This document shows positions 23,521 to 34,194 of a stretch of DNA of 64,000 nucleotides, in pieces. The notes under the pieces are model-generated. The model made no database searches. It was given only the letters and a program-made list of their open reading frames with translations, and was not told where the DNA came from. Origin of the DNA: an uncultured bacterium (GTDB lineage: Bacteria; Margulisbacteria; WOR-1; CAVSGV01); NCBI GenBank assembly GCA_963768305.1, contig CAVYHE010000013.1, positions 1 through 64,000 on the forward strand, given 5' to 3'. The translations under genes and the position numbers were made by a program. How positions within the stretch are numbered: the stretch's first letter is position 1; each line of letters begins with the position of its first letter.

Positions 23521-24552
23521 ATGGAAAAATTCCTGAAAAGCAGGTACCGGATAGGCGAGCAGATAGGGGAGAATCCGTTCTCATTCACATATAAGGGATA
23601 TCTTATCGGAACGGAAGTCCCGGTCGTCATAAAAAGCTACAAACGCTCATCCCTGAACAGCCCCCTCATAAACAAGCTCCGCCCCAAAGTGACAAAGATC
23701 ATCAGCCTGGACCACCCGAACATCGCCAGGGTAATAGACGGCGATTACGGATGGCAGGGCTTTTATTATGTGAGGGAATTCGTAGAAGGCGAAGAACTGG
23801 AAGAAGTAATGAAAAAAGGCATACTGAATCTGGCATTCGCCGTCGATATCATTAAACAGGTCCTTTCAGCGCTCTCGGTAGCCCACTCCAATGATCTTAT
23901 CCACGGAGCCCTTAGCTCCCACAATATTTTTCTTTCCGGAAGGGAAGTTAAGGTCACCGATTTCATACTGGAGCCGGCGGTAAGGATAAATCCATCCCTT
24001 CTTGCGTCCGCCGCCTCAATAAATTCAAGCTACATGTCCCCGGAGCAGATAAAGGGCGAACATATCACGAATGCGTCGGACATATATTCCGCGGGTATAA
24101 TATTTTATCAACTGATAACAGGACAGCTTCCATTTGAAGGCAGCGGAGGATTAGATACTGCGCTGAAGCATTTATCTCAGAAGATCAAGCCGCCTTCACA
24201 ATTACACAATTTTGTCCCCGATTATATGGACGACATCGTCATGAAAATGCTCGAAAAGGACCCGCTTCAAAGGATAAGCAGGGCGGATGATGTGCTGGAG
24301 GGGTTGGACAAGCAGCGGCTCATATTCAACCTGCCAAGCCCGGAGTTCGTGAACCTCATATACGGAGAGGATGTGGAGCCGATAGAATATCAAAAAGAGG
24401 CCGAAGCGCCGAAGAAAAAGAAGTTCAATAAAAAGCTGAGAAAGATCAAGATCAACAAGATAAGCCTGCTGCTATTATTCATCCTTATTGCGGTGGCGGC
24501 CGGTCTCTGGTATGCTTTCATCTTAAACTTCATAAATTCAGGCGGGAGGTAG
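23521..24552 (+). CDS. PknB/PrkC-like Ser/Thr kinase-fold protein with C-terminal TM; catalytic motifs degenerate
   Basis: HPNIARV, YMSPEQ, SDIYSAG, LITGQLPF present; HRD replaced by HGA and DFG by DFI. Confidence 0.85.
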   Translation: MEKFLKSRYRIGEQIGENPFSFTYKGYLIGTEVPVVIKSYKRSSLNSPLINKLRPKVTKIISLDHPNIARVIDGDYGWQGFYYVREFVEGEELEEVMKKGILNLAFAVDIIKQVLSALSVAHSNDLIHGALSSHNIFLSGREVKVTDFILEPAVRINPSLLASAASINSSYMSPEQIKGEHITNASDIYSAGIIFYQLITGQLPFEGSGGLDTALKHLSQKIKPPSQLHNFVPDYMDDIVMKMLEKDPLQRISRADDVLEGLDKQRLIFNLPSPEFVNLIYGEDVEPIEYQKEAEAPKKKKFNKKLRKIKINKISLLLLFILIAVAAGLWYAFILNFINSGGR

Positions 24553-24558
24553 CGGCAA

Positions 24559-25377
24559 TTGATCAAATTATTGACCTTGTATTTCAGTTTCGTACTTCTG
24601 GTATTGATAATATCCGGGTATCTTGTTTATATCCTTAAGCTTCCGTCCCCCAAATCGGTGGTGACGACCATTTTTCTTGTCATTATTTCACCCCTGCTTG
24701 TCGGGTATCTGATGGTTTTTTATGTTTTCCCCGCTCCGGAGGTCGTTGTTCCGGATGTTACGTTCCATTCATCCGAGGAAGCATTTTCCATTCTCAAGGA
24801 TGCCGGATTGAAGCCGAGGATAGGGGATAAGGCGTTTGACAGGGATGTATCCGCCGGCCGCATAGTTGAACAACAACCGAGAAAAGGCAAGCACGTTAAA
24901 GTGGGCCGAATAGTGAACCTGACAGTATCCACGGGGCAGAGACAGGTCCCGGTGCCAAGCCTTATAGGCAGGCCGTTCTCGCAGGTGGACACTCTTCTGT
25001 CCGAAGCCGGATTCAGGATCGGGGCAACGCAGGAAGTGGAAACAGAGCAGTATCAGACAGGCGTCATAATCGGCCAGACGCCGTCCGCGGAAGCGCAGGC
25101 GTACGCTGGAAGCAGTATAAATATCTCTATAGCGAAGAACCCGAAATTCGGCGTGGTAAAGATGCCGTATCTTATAGGAAAAACCCTTTCGGAAGCGCAG
25201 GGAGCCCTTTCGGACCTTAAGCTTGGCGTTGGGAAGATCGAATACCAGGAAACGGACATAATCACCGTAGGTGTTGTCATGAGGCAGGAGCCGGCGTGGG
25301 AGGAGGAGGTCCCGGTGGGTTCATCCGTAAAGCTTACCGTAAGTAAGGAGCCGCCTCCGACCTCAGAGGTAAAATAA
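24559..25377 (+). CDS. Membrane-anchored triple-PASTA domain protein
   Basis: Two N-terminal TMs then three PASTA repeats (VPDV, VPSLIG, MPYLIG). Confidence 0.88.
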   Translation: MIKLLTLYFSFVLLVLIISGYLVYILKLPSPKSVVTTIFLVIISPLLVGYLMVFYVFPAPEVVVPDVTFHSSEEAFSILKDAGLKPRIGDKAFDRDVSAGRIVEQQPRKGKHVKVGRIVNLTVSTGQRQVPVPSLIGRPFSQVDTLLSEAGFRIGATQEVETEQYQTGVIIGQTPSAEAQAYAGSSINISIAKNPKFGVVKMPYLIGKTLSEAQGALSDLKLGVGKIEYQETDIITVGVVMRQEPAWEEEVPVGSSVKLTVSKEPPPTSEVK

Positions 25378-25378
25378 T

Positions 25379-26042
25379 ATGACGATAAAAGTGGCGCCAT
25401 CCATCTTGTCCGCGGATTTCGGAAGGCTAGCGGAAGAAGTAAAAGCCGTGGAGTTGGCTGGAGCCGACATGATACACGTGGATGTCATGGACGGACATTT
25501 TGTCCCGAACATCACGATAGGCCCGCTGGTGGTTTCCGCCCTGTCAAAGATCACAAAACTTCCGCTGGATGTCCATTTAATGATCGAAAATCCTGGTAAA
25601 TATATAGAGCCCTTTGCAAAAGCGGGAGCTGATATTATTTCCATCCATGCCGAAGCTTCGAAAGATGTTGAGACAGAAATAAGACAGATAAAGAAATTGG
25701 GAGCCAAGCCCGCGCTTGCCTTGAATCCGGCGTCAGGGGTTAGGATCAATAGAAAAGTTGCTGGATAAAGTGTCCATGGTGCTTCTTATGACAGTGAACC
25801 CCGGATTTGAAGGCCAAAAATTCATGCCGGAAGTCCTGGTGAAGTTAAGAGCGCTAAGGTCCATTATCGATGTACGGAAACTAAATATTGATATCGAAGT
25901 TGACGGCGGGATCAATCTGGAGACCGCGCCAGCTGTCATCAAAGCCGGGGCGAACGTGCTGGTCGCCGGTTCCGCTATTTACTGGTCAAAGGATTACAAG
26001 TCAGTGATCGACGGCCTGAAAAGATCCGACCTTTCCAATTAA
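25379..26042 (+). CDS. rpe: Ribulose-phosphate 3-epimerase (frameshifted)
   Basis: [33 protein letters not shown]. Confidence 0.95.
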
Positions 26043-26051
26043 GGACCTCAA

Positions 26052-27164
26052 ATGAACATTAGCGCCGACAAAGACAAACAATTCATGCTGGAAGCGCTTG
26101 CCTTGGCAAGATTGCAAATGGGGAAGACCAGCCCTGATCCGATGGTCGGTGCCGTAATAGTGAAGAACGGCTGTGTTGTAAGCAAGGGCTATCACGCTGA
26201 ACAGGGAACACCGCATGCCGAAGCATTCGCGATCAAAAAAGCCGGCGATAATGCCAAAGGCGCAACGTTATATCTCAACCTTGAGCCTTGCTCACATTAC
26301 GGATACAATCCACCCTGCACACAGGCGATCATAAAGGCAGGGATAAAAAGAGTGGTCGCGTCAATGAAAGACCCGAATCCCCTGGTCAACGGGAAAGGCT
26401 TCGCGCAGTTAAGGGATGCCGAAATAAAAGTTGAAGTCGGCTTAATGGAAAAAGAAGCGCGGGAATTGAATGAGACATTCATAAAATTCATTACTACCGA
26501 TTACCCTTTCGTAATACTTAAGACCGCTATGAGCCTAGATGGCAAGACGGCAACCGTGACAGGTGACAGCAAATACATCACAGGGCTGCCTTCCAGGCAA
26601 TATGTCCACGTCCTCAGGACTTATGTGGATGCGATGATGGTCGGGGTAAGCACCGTCATTATCGATGACCCGATGCTGACAGTAAGGGATGTAGGCGACG
26701 AAAAGATCACAAAGAGGAACCCGAAAAAAATAATTCTTGATACATATGCTGAAATACCGCTTAATTCATATATATTGAAACATGAGCCGGAAAAGACGAT
26801 CGTAGTTGTTGGAAAGGATGCAGCGAAAAGCAAGCTTGATAAGATAAGAAATACCGGTGCCGGCGTGATGATAGCAGAAACAAAAAAAGGCCAGATCGAC
26901 CTGAAAAAGCTGATGGTAGAGCTGGGCGAAGACAAGATTACGAGTATTATGATCGAATCCGGCGGGACACTTGCTGCATCGGCTTTAAAGGAAGGGATCG
27001 TCAACAAGGTCATGTTCTTTGTTGCCCCGATCCTGATCGGCGGAAAGACGGCGGCGACCCCTGTTGCAGGTGAGGGCTTCAAAAAACTTTCTCAGGCGAT
27101 TAAACTTAAAAATATACATGTCAAAATGCTGGGAAATGATGTTCTTATATCAGGCTATGTTTAA
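26052..27164 (+). CDS. ribD: Riboflavin biosynthesis deaminase/reductase
   Basis: HAE, LEPCSH..PPC, AMSLDGK. Confidence 0.95.
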   Translation: MNISADKDKQFMLEALALARLQMGKTSPDPMVGAVIVKNGCVVSKGYHAEQGTPHAEAFAIKKAGDNAKGATLYLNLEPCSHYGYNPPCTQAIIKAGIKRVVASMKDPNPLVNGKGFAQLRDAEIKVEVGLMEKEARELNETFIKFITTDYPFVILKTAMSLDGKTATVTGDSKYITGLPSRQYVHVLRTYVDAMMVGVSTVIIDDPMLTVRDVGDEKITKRNPKKIILDTYAEIPLNSYILKHEPEKTIVVVGKDAAKSKLDKIRNTGAGVMIAETKKGQIDLKKLMVELGEDKITSIMIESGGTLAASALKEGIVNKVMFFVAPILIGGKTAATPVAGEGFKKLSQAIKLKNIHVKMLGNDVLISGYV

Positions 27165-27175
27165 TTGGAACCTCA

Positions 27176-28537
27176 ATGAGGATTAATGAAACCGTAAATA
27201 TCAAAATCGATGACTTAGCCATGGGCGGAGAGGGTGTCGGTAAAAGCAACGGGATAACAGTTTTCGTTGCGGATTCAGTGCCAGGCGACGAGCTAAAGAT
27301 CAAGCTTGTCGAGTTGAAAAAGAATTTCATCCGCGGAGTGATCGTCGATATCATAAAACCCTCGCCTGACAGGGTCGCATTAAAATGCCCGCTTGCAAAA
27401 ACCTGCGGAGGATGCCAGTGGCAGCACATAAGCTATCCAGTGCAGCTCAAATACAAAACAAAAATAGTCAAGGAAACTCTCAGGAGGCTCGGGAAACTCA
27501 ATAATATCAAGGTAAACGACATTATCGGAATGAATGAACCGTGGGGGTTCCGCAACAAGATCCAATATCCGATCTCTGGTGGAAGCGGCCGCGGCGAAAA
27601 GCTTGCTATGGGCTATTATATGCAAGGAACTCATAATATTATCGATATCGATAGCTGTCCGATAGAACACCCCAAGTTATCCAGGGCGGCGAAGATCGTG
27701 AAAGACACCCTGAATAAACTTGGTTATTCGGCGCCGTCGCGTGACGGCGGAAAAGGATTGTTCAAATTTCTCAGGGCAAGAATTGGTTTTGGCACCGGCG
27801 AGATGATGCTGACATTTGTCACAAGCGAGAAAGGTATTCCCGGAGCAAAAAATCTGGTCAAAGAAATAATCGGCATGTGCAAAAAAGAAAGCATAAATGT
27901 CGTCGGTATTTGCCAGAACCTGAACTCGCGATATACCAATGTGATAATGGGCGACCAGAACTGGACGATGTGGGGCAGGGATTTCATTTACGACAAGATG
28001 AAAGGTCTCAAATTCAAGGTTTCTAACACTTCTTTTTATCAGACAAATCCCGTTCAAACCGAAGTCTTATACGATAAAGCCGTTGAATCAGCAGGTTTTA
28101 CCGGAAATGAAACTGTTATCGACGCTTACTCCGGCATCGGCACGGTCGCCCTGTGGTTCGCGAAGCATGCCCGTTATGTTTATGGCATCGAAGAAGTTAA
28201 GCAGGCGGTCCGTGATGCCTCAGAAAATGCAGAACTTAATCATATCGAAAACTGCAGATTCAGCATCGGCAAAGTTGAAAAACTCCTTCCGGAGCTGAAA
28301 GAAGGCGACGCTTTGATCCTTGATCCGCCGAGAGGCGGCTGCGAAGAAAAAATTTTGAAGACCATCGCATGCTCAAAATTTCAGAAGATAATATATATAT
28401 CCTGCAATCCGGCGACGCTGGCGAGGGACCTGGCGTATCTTTCAAGCAGCGGATTCAGGGTCGAAGAGGTCCAGCCGGTGGACATGTTCCCTCACAGCTT
28501 TCACATAGAAACGGTCACGAGGCTGATCAAGGCCTAG
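27176..28537 (+). CDS. rlmD: 23S rRNA (uracil-5)-methyltransferase
   Basis: TRAM domain, CGGCQWQH, SFYQTN, LDPPRGG, YISCNPATLARD, VDMFPH. Confidence 0.93.
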   Translation: MRINETVNIKIDDLAMGGEGVGKSNGITVFVADSVPGDELKIKLVELKKNFIRGVIVDIIKPSPDRVALKCPLAKTCGGCQWQHISYPVQLKYKTKIVKETLRRLGKLNNIKVNDIIGMNEPWGFRNKIQYPISGGSGRGEKLAMGYYMQGTHNIIDIDSCPIEHPKLSRAAKIVKDTLNKLGYSAPSRDGGKGLFKFLRARIGFGTGEMMLTFVTSEKGIPGAKNLVKEIIGMCKKESINVVGICQNLNSRYTNVIMGDQNWTMWGRDFIYDKMKGLKFKVSNTSFYQTNPVQTEVLYDKAVESAGFTGNETVIDAYSGIGTVALWFAKHARYVYGIEEVKQAVRDASENAELNHIENCRFSIGKVEKLLPELKEGDALILDPPRGGCEEKILKTIACSKFQKIIYISCNPATLARDLAYLSSSGFRVEEVQPVDMFPHSFHIETVTRLIKA

Positions 28538-28718
28538 TCTTGCTCATCTGCTCGCCGTTGTCTCCCCAGTTCTCTTTCGGGACATCATTGATGACCACCC
28601 ATACGGCTTCCTTGGGGCAGCCGACCGACTCGCACATGGCGTTAGTGACGTTCTTTATGATCTTTTCTTTCTGTTCGGATGTCCTTCCGGGCCACATGTC
28701 TATTTTAACTAATGGCAT
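28527..28718 (-). CDS. 4-oxalocrotonate tautomerase family protein
   Basis: N-terminal Pro, GRTSEQK, RBS AGGAGG. Confidence 0.9.
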   Translation of the reverse strand: MPLVKIDMWPGRTSEQKEKIIKNVTNAMCESVGCPKEAVWVVINDVPKENWGDNGEQMSKTRP

Positions 28719-28762
28719 AAGTTAAACCTCCTTTGTCTTTACTTTGCTATAACTTTGTTTCT

Positions 28763-28866
28763 CTGAGGGGAAATCCCCTCAGCGCTTCGCCGATTTCATC
28801 GGCTTCGCTACTCCCCTATATACATTGAACTTTATGGGGTAAACCCCTCATTACTCACTTCGTTCA
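28763..28866. repeat. REP-like multi-hairpin intergenic element
   Basis: Inverted repeats CTGAGGGG-aaat-CCCCTCAG, GCCGAT-ttc-ATCGGC and ATGGGG-taaa-CCCCTCAT with flanking CTTCG motifs. Confidence 0.6.
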
Positions 28867-29781
28867 CTTCTCCCCAATATTCATTAAATGAATAATATCA
28901 TTAACATTTAGTTTTTCAACATCGAACCATTTCACGTTCTTGAACCGCCTGAACCACGTCATCTGGCGCTTCGCGAAATTTCGCGTGTTTTGCTTAAGGA
29001 TATTAACCATCTCTTCATAAGAATATTTTCCCCGGAGATGCTCGGCCACTTCCTTGTAGCCGATAGCCTGCATCGATGAGAGCTTGTCATCATAGCCTTC
29101 CTTGATCAAATTCCTGACCTCTTCCACCAGCCCCGCTTCAAGCATTCGATCAATTCTTTCTTCTATCCTTTCATAAAGCTTTTTCCTGTCCATTTCAAGC
29201 CCCATGACAACCAATTCGTAAGGCAGACTGTTTTCGCTCTTCGTTTGCGCCTGAGACATTGGCTTACCCGTCAGCTCGATAACTTCCAGCGCCCTGATAA
29301 TGCGCTTTGTGTCATTGAAATGAATCTTTGATGCCGCGTCGGGGTCGGCCTTTTTAAGCTTTTCGTACAGATGTTCGCTACCGAACGATTTTGCTTCTCC
29401 TTCCAACCTTTTCCTGATCTCCGGATCCGCCTGTATCAATGGAAAATCGTAACCCTCTAGCAAGGCGTTCAAATAAAGCCCGGTCCCTCCCACGACTATC
29501 GACAGCTTTCCCCTGTTGATAATGTCTTCGATGATGGTTTTTGCGTTTGAAACAAAGTCAGAGACGCTCCAGGTTTTATCGGGGGCGATCACGTTGATCA
29601 GGTGGTGAGGGATTTCTTCAAGTTCTTTTTTTGCCGGCTTTGCCGTGCCGATGTCCATTCCGATGTAAACCTGCATGGAGTCGGCGGAAATGATCTCGCC
29701 ATCCAGTTTTCCGGCAAGTTCCATGGCAAGCTTCGATTTGCCGACAGCCGTCTGCCCAATAATAATGAGCACTTTATTCAC
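28864..29781 (-). CDS. miaA: tRNA dimethylallyltransferase
   Basis: GQTAVGKS, SADSMQVY, VGGTGLY, AIGYKE, FAKRQMTW; GTG start 7 nt after TTGACA-17-TATGCT. Confidence 0.96.
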   Translation of the reverse strand: MNKVLIIIGQTAVGKSKLAMELAGKLDGEIISADSMQVYIGMDIGTAKPAKKELEEIPHHLINVIAPDKTWSVSDFVSNAKTIIEDIINRGKLSIVVGGTGLYLNALLEGYDFPLIQADPEIRKRLEGEAKSFGSEHLYEKLKKADPDAASKIHFNDTKRIIRALEVIELTGKPMSQAQTKSENSLPYELVVMGLEMDRKKLYERIEERIDRMLEAGLVEEVRNLIKEGYDDKLSSMQAIGYKEVAEHLRGKYSYEEMVNILKQNTRNFAKRQMTWFRRFKNVKWFDVEKLNVNDIIHLMNIGEK

Positions 29782-29823
29782 AAGGATCAGCATATATTCT
29801 TTGAAAGGAAGTGTCAATAAAAA

Positions 29824-29853
29824 GTGAAATTTTCTTCAAAAGATATCGATAAT
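29824..29853 (+). promoter_or_regulatory. Sigma28-like motif copy
   Basis: GTGAAATTT-N14-CGATAAT. Confidence 0.75.
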
Positions 29854-29883
29854 AGTCTGGTTGAAATAAGGAGGATGATCTTA

Positions 29884-30510
29884 ATGAGAATATCAAGAGA
29901 ATTTGGCGTGGTCTCGCGTAGCAGGCGAATAGGTGCTTTTTTTAATAGTTCAATGCTGTTCCCGCGCCCAAGAATATCAGGTCCTGCTTCTGGCGATACA
30001 AAAGCTAATTCTCAAATTGTAGAGATCCCGAAAATGATCGATGTTCCGGGAAGACCTTTCAGGATAATGCAAAGCGAAGCGACAGTCGGGCTATTTAAGC
30101 AACTGGCAGATGCAGGTCATGAGATCACTACCCATAGCAAGGGATTACTTTCGGCACAGCTTACAAAAGGAGCTTCTTATGACAACGCATTAACACATTT
30201 AAATATATTTGATGGAAAGGCGCTGGCTACAACGTTTAGCAAACATACCGGCAGAAATTTCAGAGTTCCGACCGAATCAGAATTGGAAGAAATCAGAGAT
30301 GCCAAAGAATTTGAATCAGTCAGGAAAGGATTATCGGGGAAAAACTGGGAATGGACAGATACTATTTATAAAAATCCTGATGTTGATCCTGCATCTACTT
30401 TCTTACGTTCTTATTATATTCTCCTTTCCATGGGCAGCCCATACCGGGTCGCCAGCGAGCCTGAGGTCAGTTATGACAACTACGCGGTTCGCCTTGTCGA
30501 GGACGTTTAG
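29884..30510 (+). CDS. Orphan with FGE-sulfatase/C-type-lectin-like C-terminal domain
   Basis: RBS AGGAGG; GRNFRVPTESELE, GKNWEWT, terminal AVRLVED resemble RLPTEAEWE / GNVWEW / GFRL. Confidence 0.6.
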   Translation: MRISREFGVVSRSRRIGAFFNSSMLFPRPRISGPASGDTKANSQIVEIPKMIDVPGRPFRIMQSEATVGLFKQLADAGHEITTHSKGLLSAQLTKGASYDNALTHLNIFDGKALATTFSKHTGRNFRVPTESELEEIRDAKEFESVRKGLSGKNWEWTDTIYKNPDVDPASTFLRSYYILLSMGSPYRVASEPEVSYDNYAVRLVEDV

Positions 30511-30524
30511 TAATAGCTTAATTG

Positions 30525-30548
30525 ATCTCTTCTTTCACCGCGAAGAGC
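30525..30548 (-). pseudogene. Displaced 3'-end remnant of the YugP-like peptidase gene
   Basis: Encodes ALRGERRD, identical to the C-terminus at 31260-31283; 5 nucleotide differences, all synonymous. Confidence 0.75.
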
Positions 30549-30567
30549 CAGAAATGGTTCAGAAAAA

Positions 30568-30597
30568 GTGAAATTTCCGGTTAAAACTGTCGATAAT
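30568..30597 (+). promoter_or_regulatory. Sigma28-like motif copy
   Basis: GTGAAATTT-N14-CGATAAT. Confidence 0.75.
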
Positions 30598-30672
30598 GTA
30601 ATAGTTGAGGACCAGCGCAGTCTTAAAGGATCAAATAATGTTCAATGGTTAAAAACCAGGGAGAAGATCAAA

Positions 30673-31260
30673 ATGGTAAGAATAGGTAAAATGAGATTTA
30701 ATATTGCGGGCAGGCCTTTGCATGAGAGACGGATCAATACGTTCTTCAATAACCGTTCTATTGGCGCAAAGATGTTCCCGCGCGTAGAAATAGGTTCCGG
30801 CGGAGGGCTGGCGGTCAAAAAATTAAATATTCTGGTAGCTGATGACGATTATGCTCTTAAAGGCCTTTTTATGGGCACATTTGATACGCGTTGTCCGGGC
30901 TGCGAAATATTCGGAGCTGATAACGGCCTTGAGGCAATAGAATCAGCGAAAAAGATCCCTGCCGGATCCCTCCATATACTTTTTACTGATACTGATATGG
31001 AGAAGAAAACAAAAGGGTTTGAAGTGGTTGATGAGATCCGAAAAATGCATCCATCCGTTTATATAATCTTTAAGAGCAGCAATCTTGGGGAAAAGCACGA
31101 GCAATATTTAAATGATAAAAAAGTTGATGCCTTATTTCAAACACCGGATGATCTCAAGAAGCTCGATCGTATGATTGAAGATGCTGTTAAAATTGTCGAA
31201 GAACGGTCAAGCATGGCGGGTAACGCCAGCGCAGCAGCCCCCAAATCTGAAAAGGTCTAA
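30673..31260 (+). CDS. Receiver-domain protein with basic N-terminal extension
   Basis: NILVADDD, ADNGLEA, LFTDTDM, GFEVV; conserved KP appears as TP; RBS AGGGAG. Confidence 0.7.
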   Translation: MVRIGKMRFNIAGRPLHERRINTFFNNRSIGAKMFPRVEIGSGGGLAVKKLNILVADDDYALKGLFMGTFDTRCPGCEIFGADNGLEAIESAKKIPAGSLHILFTDTDMEKKTKGFEVVDEIRKMHPSVYIIFKSSNLGEKHEQYLNDKKVDALFQTPDDLKKLDRMIEDAVKIVEERSSMAGNASAAAPKSEKV

Positions 31261-31946
31261 TCCCTTCTTTCACCTCTGAGCGCTATCAGGCGGATGAGAT
31301 TTAGCACCGCCATCGCAGTAGCGGCAACATAGGTCAGCGCCGCGGCATCCAGCACTTTCTTTGCCATCGGAACTTCATCTTTCTCGATATATTTTCCCGT
31401 TGAAAGCATCTGTATCGCCCTGTGGCTCGCGTTGAATTCCACTGGCAGGGTTATTATCGTGAAAGCGACAGCTATGGAGAACACAACTATCCCGATATCC
31501 ATCAGCATCGGATAGCTGAACAGCAATCCGATGAAGAAAAGCGGGATGGCCATCTGTGAGCCTATACTGGCTGCGGGAACAAGCCCCGACCTGATCTTTA
31601 GGGGGACATAAGCTTTGGAATCCTGCAACGCGTGCCCAACTTCATGCGCGACAATGCCGATAGCCGCTACCGAATCATTGCCGTATACCCCTTGCGAAAG
31701 ATGAAGTATCTTGTCGCGCGGGTCGTAATTGTCGGTCAGGTTGCCCGGGATCTCTTCAATGCCGATATTGGAAAGGCCTGAATTATCAAGGAGTTTCCTG
31801 CCCATCTGCGCGCCGGTAAGGCCGCTTTTTGAGCGGACCTTGGAAAGCTCAGAATAAGCCGATTGCACCTTAAATTGCGCGTAAAGCGCCAGGATCACGG
31901 CAGGGATCAACAGCACGAAAGTCGGATCGAACGGATAGTACATCAT
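31257..31946 (-). CDS. YugP-like neutral zinc metallopeptidase
   Basis: LTDNYDPR, AHEVGHALQ, TLPVEFNAS, AAALTYVA. Confidence 0.9.
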   Translation of the reverse strand: MMYYPFDPTFVLLIPAVILALYAQFKVQSAYSELSKVRSKSGLTGAQMGRKLLDNSGLSNIGIEEIPGNLTDNYDPRDKILHLSQGVYGNDSVAAIGIVAHEVGHALQDSKAYVPLKIRSGLVPAASIGSQMAIPLFFIGLLFSYPMLMDIGIVVFSIAVAFTIITLPVEFNASHRAIQMLSTGKYIEKDEVPMAKKVLDAAALTYVAATAMAVLNLIRLIALRGERRD

Positions 31947-32016
31947 ATTGCTATATATTTTAGCAGAAATAGGAATGAGATGCGAGACATGAGAGAAAAT
32001 AGTATAATCAGGCACC

Positions 32017-32640
32017 ATGAAGATACTTGAAGTCAAGACACTGGCGATACCGGATATCAAGGTCATCCGCTTCGGCAGGTTCAACGATCACCGCGGATAC
32101 TTTACCGAAACCTTCAGGAAAAGCGACTTTCAAAAGCTCGATTTCATGAAAGGCGTCGAGTTCGTCCAGTGCAACGATGCATTTTCAAAAGCCGGAACAT
32201 TCAGAGGGTTGCATTTCCAGTGGAACCCTTACATGGGAAAGCTTGTAAGGGTTGAAAAGGGCAGGATCATCGATTTCGCCCTTGATATCAGAAAAGGCTC
32301 CCCTGATACTTGGGCAAAGATCATCGCTTATGAATTGACAGGAAAACCTGAAGCAGATCATAACGAATGGATATGGCTTCCTCCGGGATTCGCCCACGGG
32401 ATACTTGCCGTGGAAGAAAGCTTCGTCGAATATTTCTGCTCCGGCGAGTACAGCCAGGGCTGCGAGGCGGCCATCTCGCCGCTTGCAAAAGATATCGACT
32501 GGTCAAAATGCGACACAGGATTGAAAAAGCAATTTGATTCGATAGTTCCTAGGACGAAATTCATCACAGATAAGGATAAGAACGGGTTCACTCTGGCCGC
32601 GTGGTTAACAGAAAAGAACTCAGGCCAATTTGTCTACTGA
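32017..32640 (+). CDS. rmlC: dTDP-4-dehydrorhamnose 3,5-epimerase family protein
   Basis: DHRGYFTE, RGLHFQ, KLVRV, DIRKGSP, PGFAHG. Confidence 0.88.
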   Translation: MKILEVKTLAIPDIKVIRFGRFNDHRGYFTETFRKSDFQKLDFMKGVEFVQCNDAFSKAGTFRGLHFQWNPYMGKLVRVEKGRIIDFALDIRKGSPDTWAKIIAYELTGKPEADHNEWIWLPPGFAHGILAVEESFVEYFCSGEYSQGCEAAISPLAKDIDWSKCDTGLKKQFDSIVPRTKFITDKDKNGFTLAAWLTEKNSGQFVY

Positions 32641-33071
32641 CTTTCCTTTTCGCTTTCCCGAAGGAACTTCTGCTCCCAGATCTGAAGCAATTGTATCACT
32701 ATCAACGCAAGCACGGTCGTTGCCGTGGCTATAGAATATAACCCCGCTCCAACGGCCAGCCCGATGGCCGCGCACACCCAAATGGAAGCCGCAGTGGTGA
32801 GTCCGCGGACATTGTTGCCCGATTGGAATATAGTGCCCGCTCCGATAAAGCCTATGCCGGTGACCACGCATGAAGCGATCCTGGATGGATCTCCGCCGTT
32901 CATGCCCTTTACCATTTCGATCGAGACAAGAGTGAATAACGTGGAACCAAGGCACACAAGCGTGTGAGTGCGCAGTCCCGCCGCTTTCTTTTTTATTTCC
33001 CTGACATATCCTATTGCGGCGCCGAAGATCAATGCGAGAAGAAGCCTCAGGATCATTTCATATTCCGCCAT
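32634..33071 (-). CDS. MgtC/SapB family membrane protein
   Basis: AGLRTH, DPSRIA, GIGFIGAG, GLTTAASIW. Confidence 0.93.
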   Translation of the reverse strand: MAEYEMILRLLLALIFGAAIGYVREIKKKAAGLRTHTLVCLGSTLFTLVSIEMVKGMNGGDPSRIASCVVTGIGFIGAGTIFQSGNNVRGLTTAASIWVCAAIGLAVGAGLYSIATATTVLALIVIQLLQIWEQKFLRESEKESQ

Positions 33072-33082
33072 ATTATTGCCTC

Positions 33083-34163
<1,081 letters not shown>

Positions 34164-34194
34164 GTTTTTATTTTATCTGAAAAGGCGGAGATTT

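Noticed and set aside
29884..30510. FGE/CLec-fold gene as a diversity-generating retroelement target
   Set aside because: No reverse transcriptase and no template repeat with adenine-specific mismatches seen in this window; a remote DGR cannot be excluded.
29824..30672. GTG starts at 29824 and 30568 giving similar MKF..DN N-termini
   Set aside because: The similarity is just the translated promoter motif; SD-preceded ATGs lie at 29884 and 30673.
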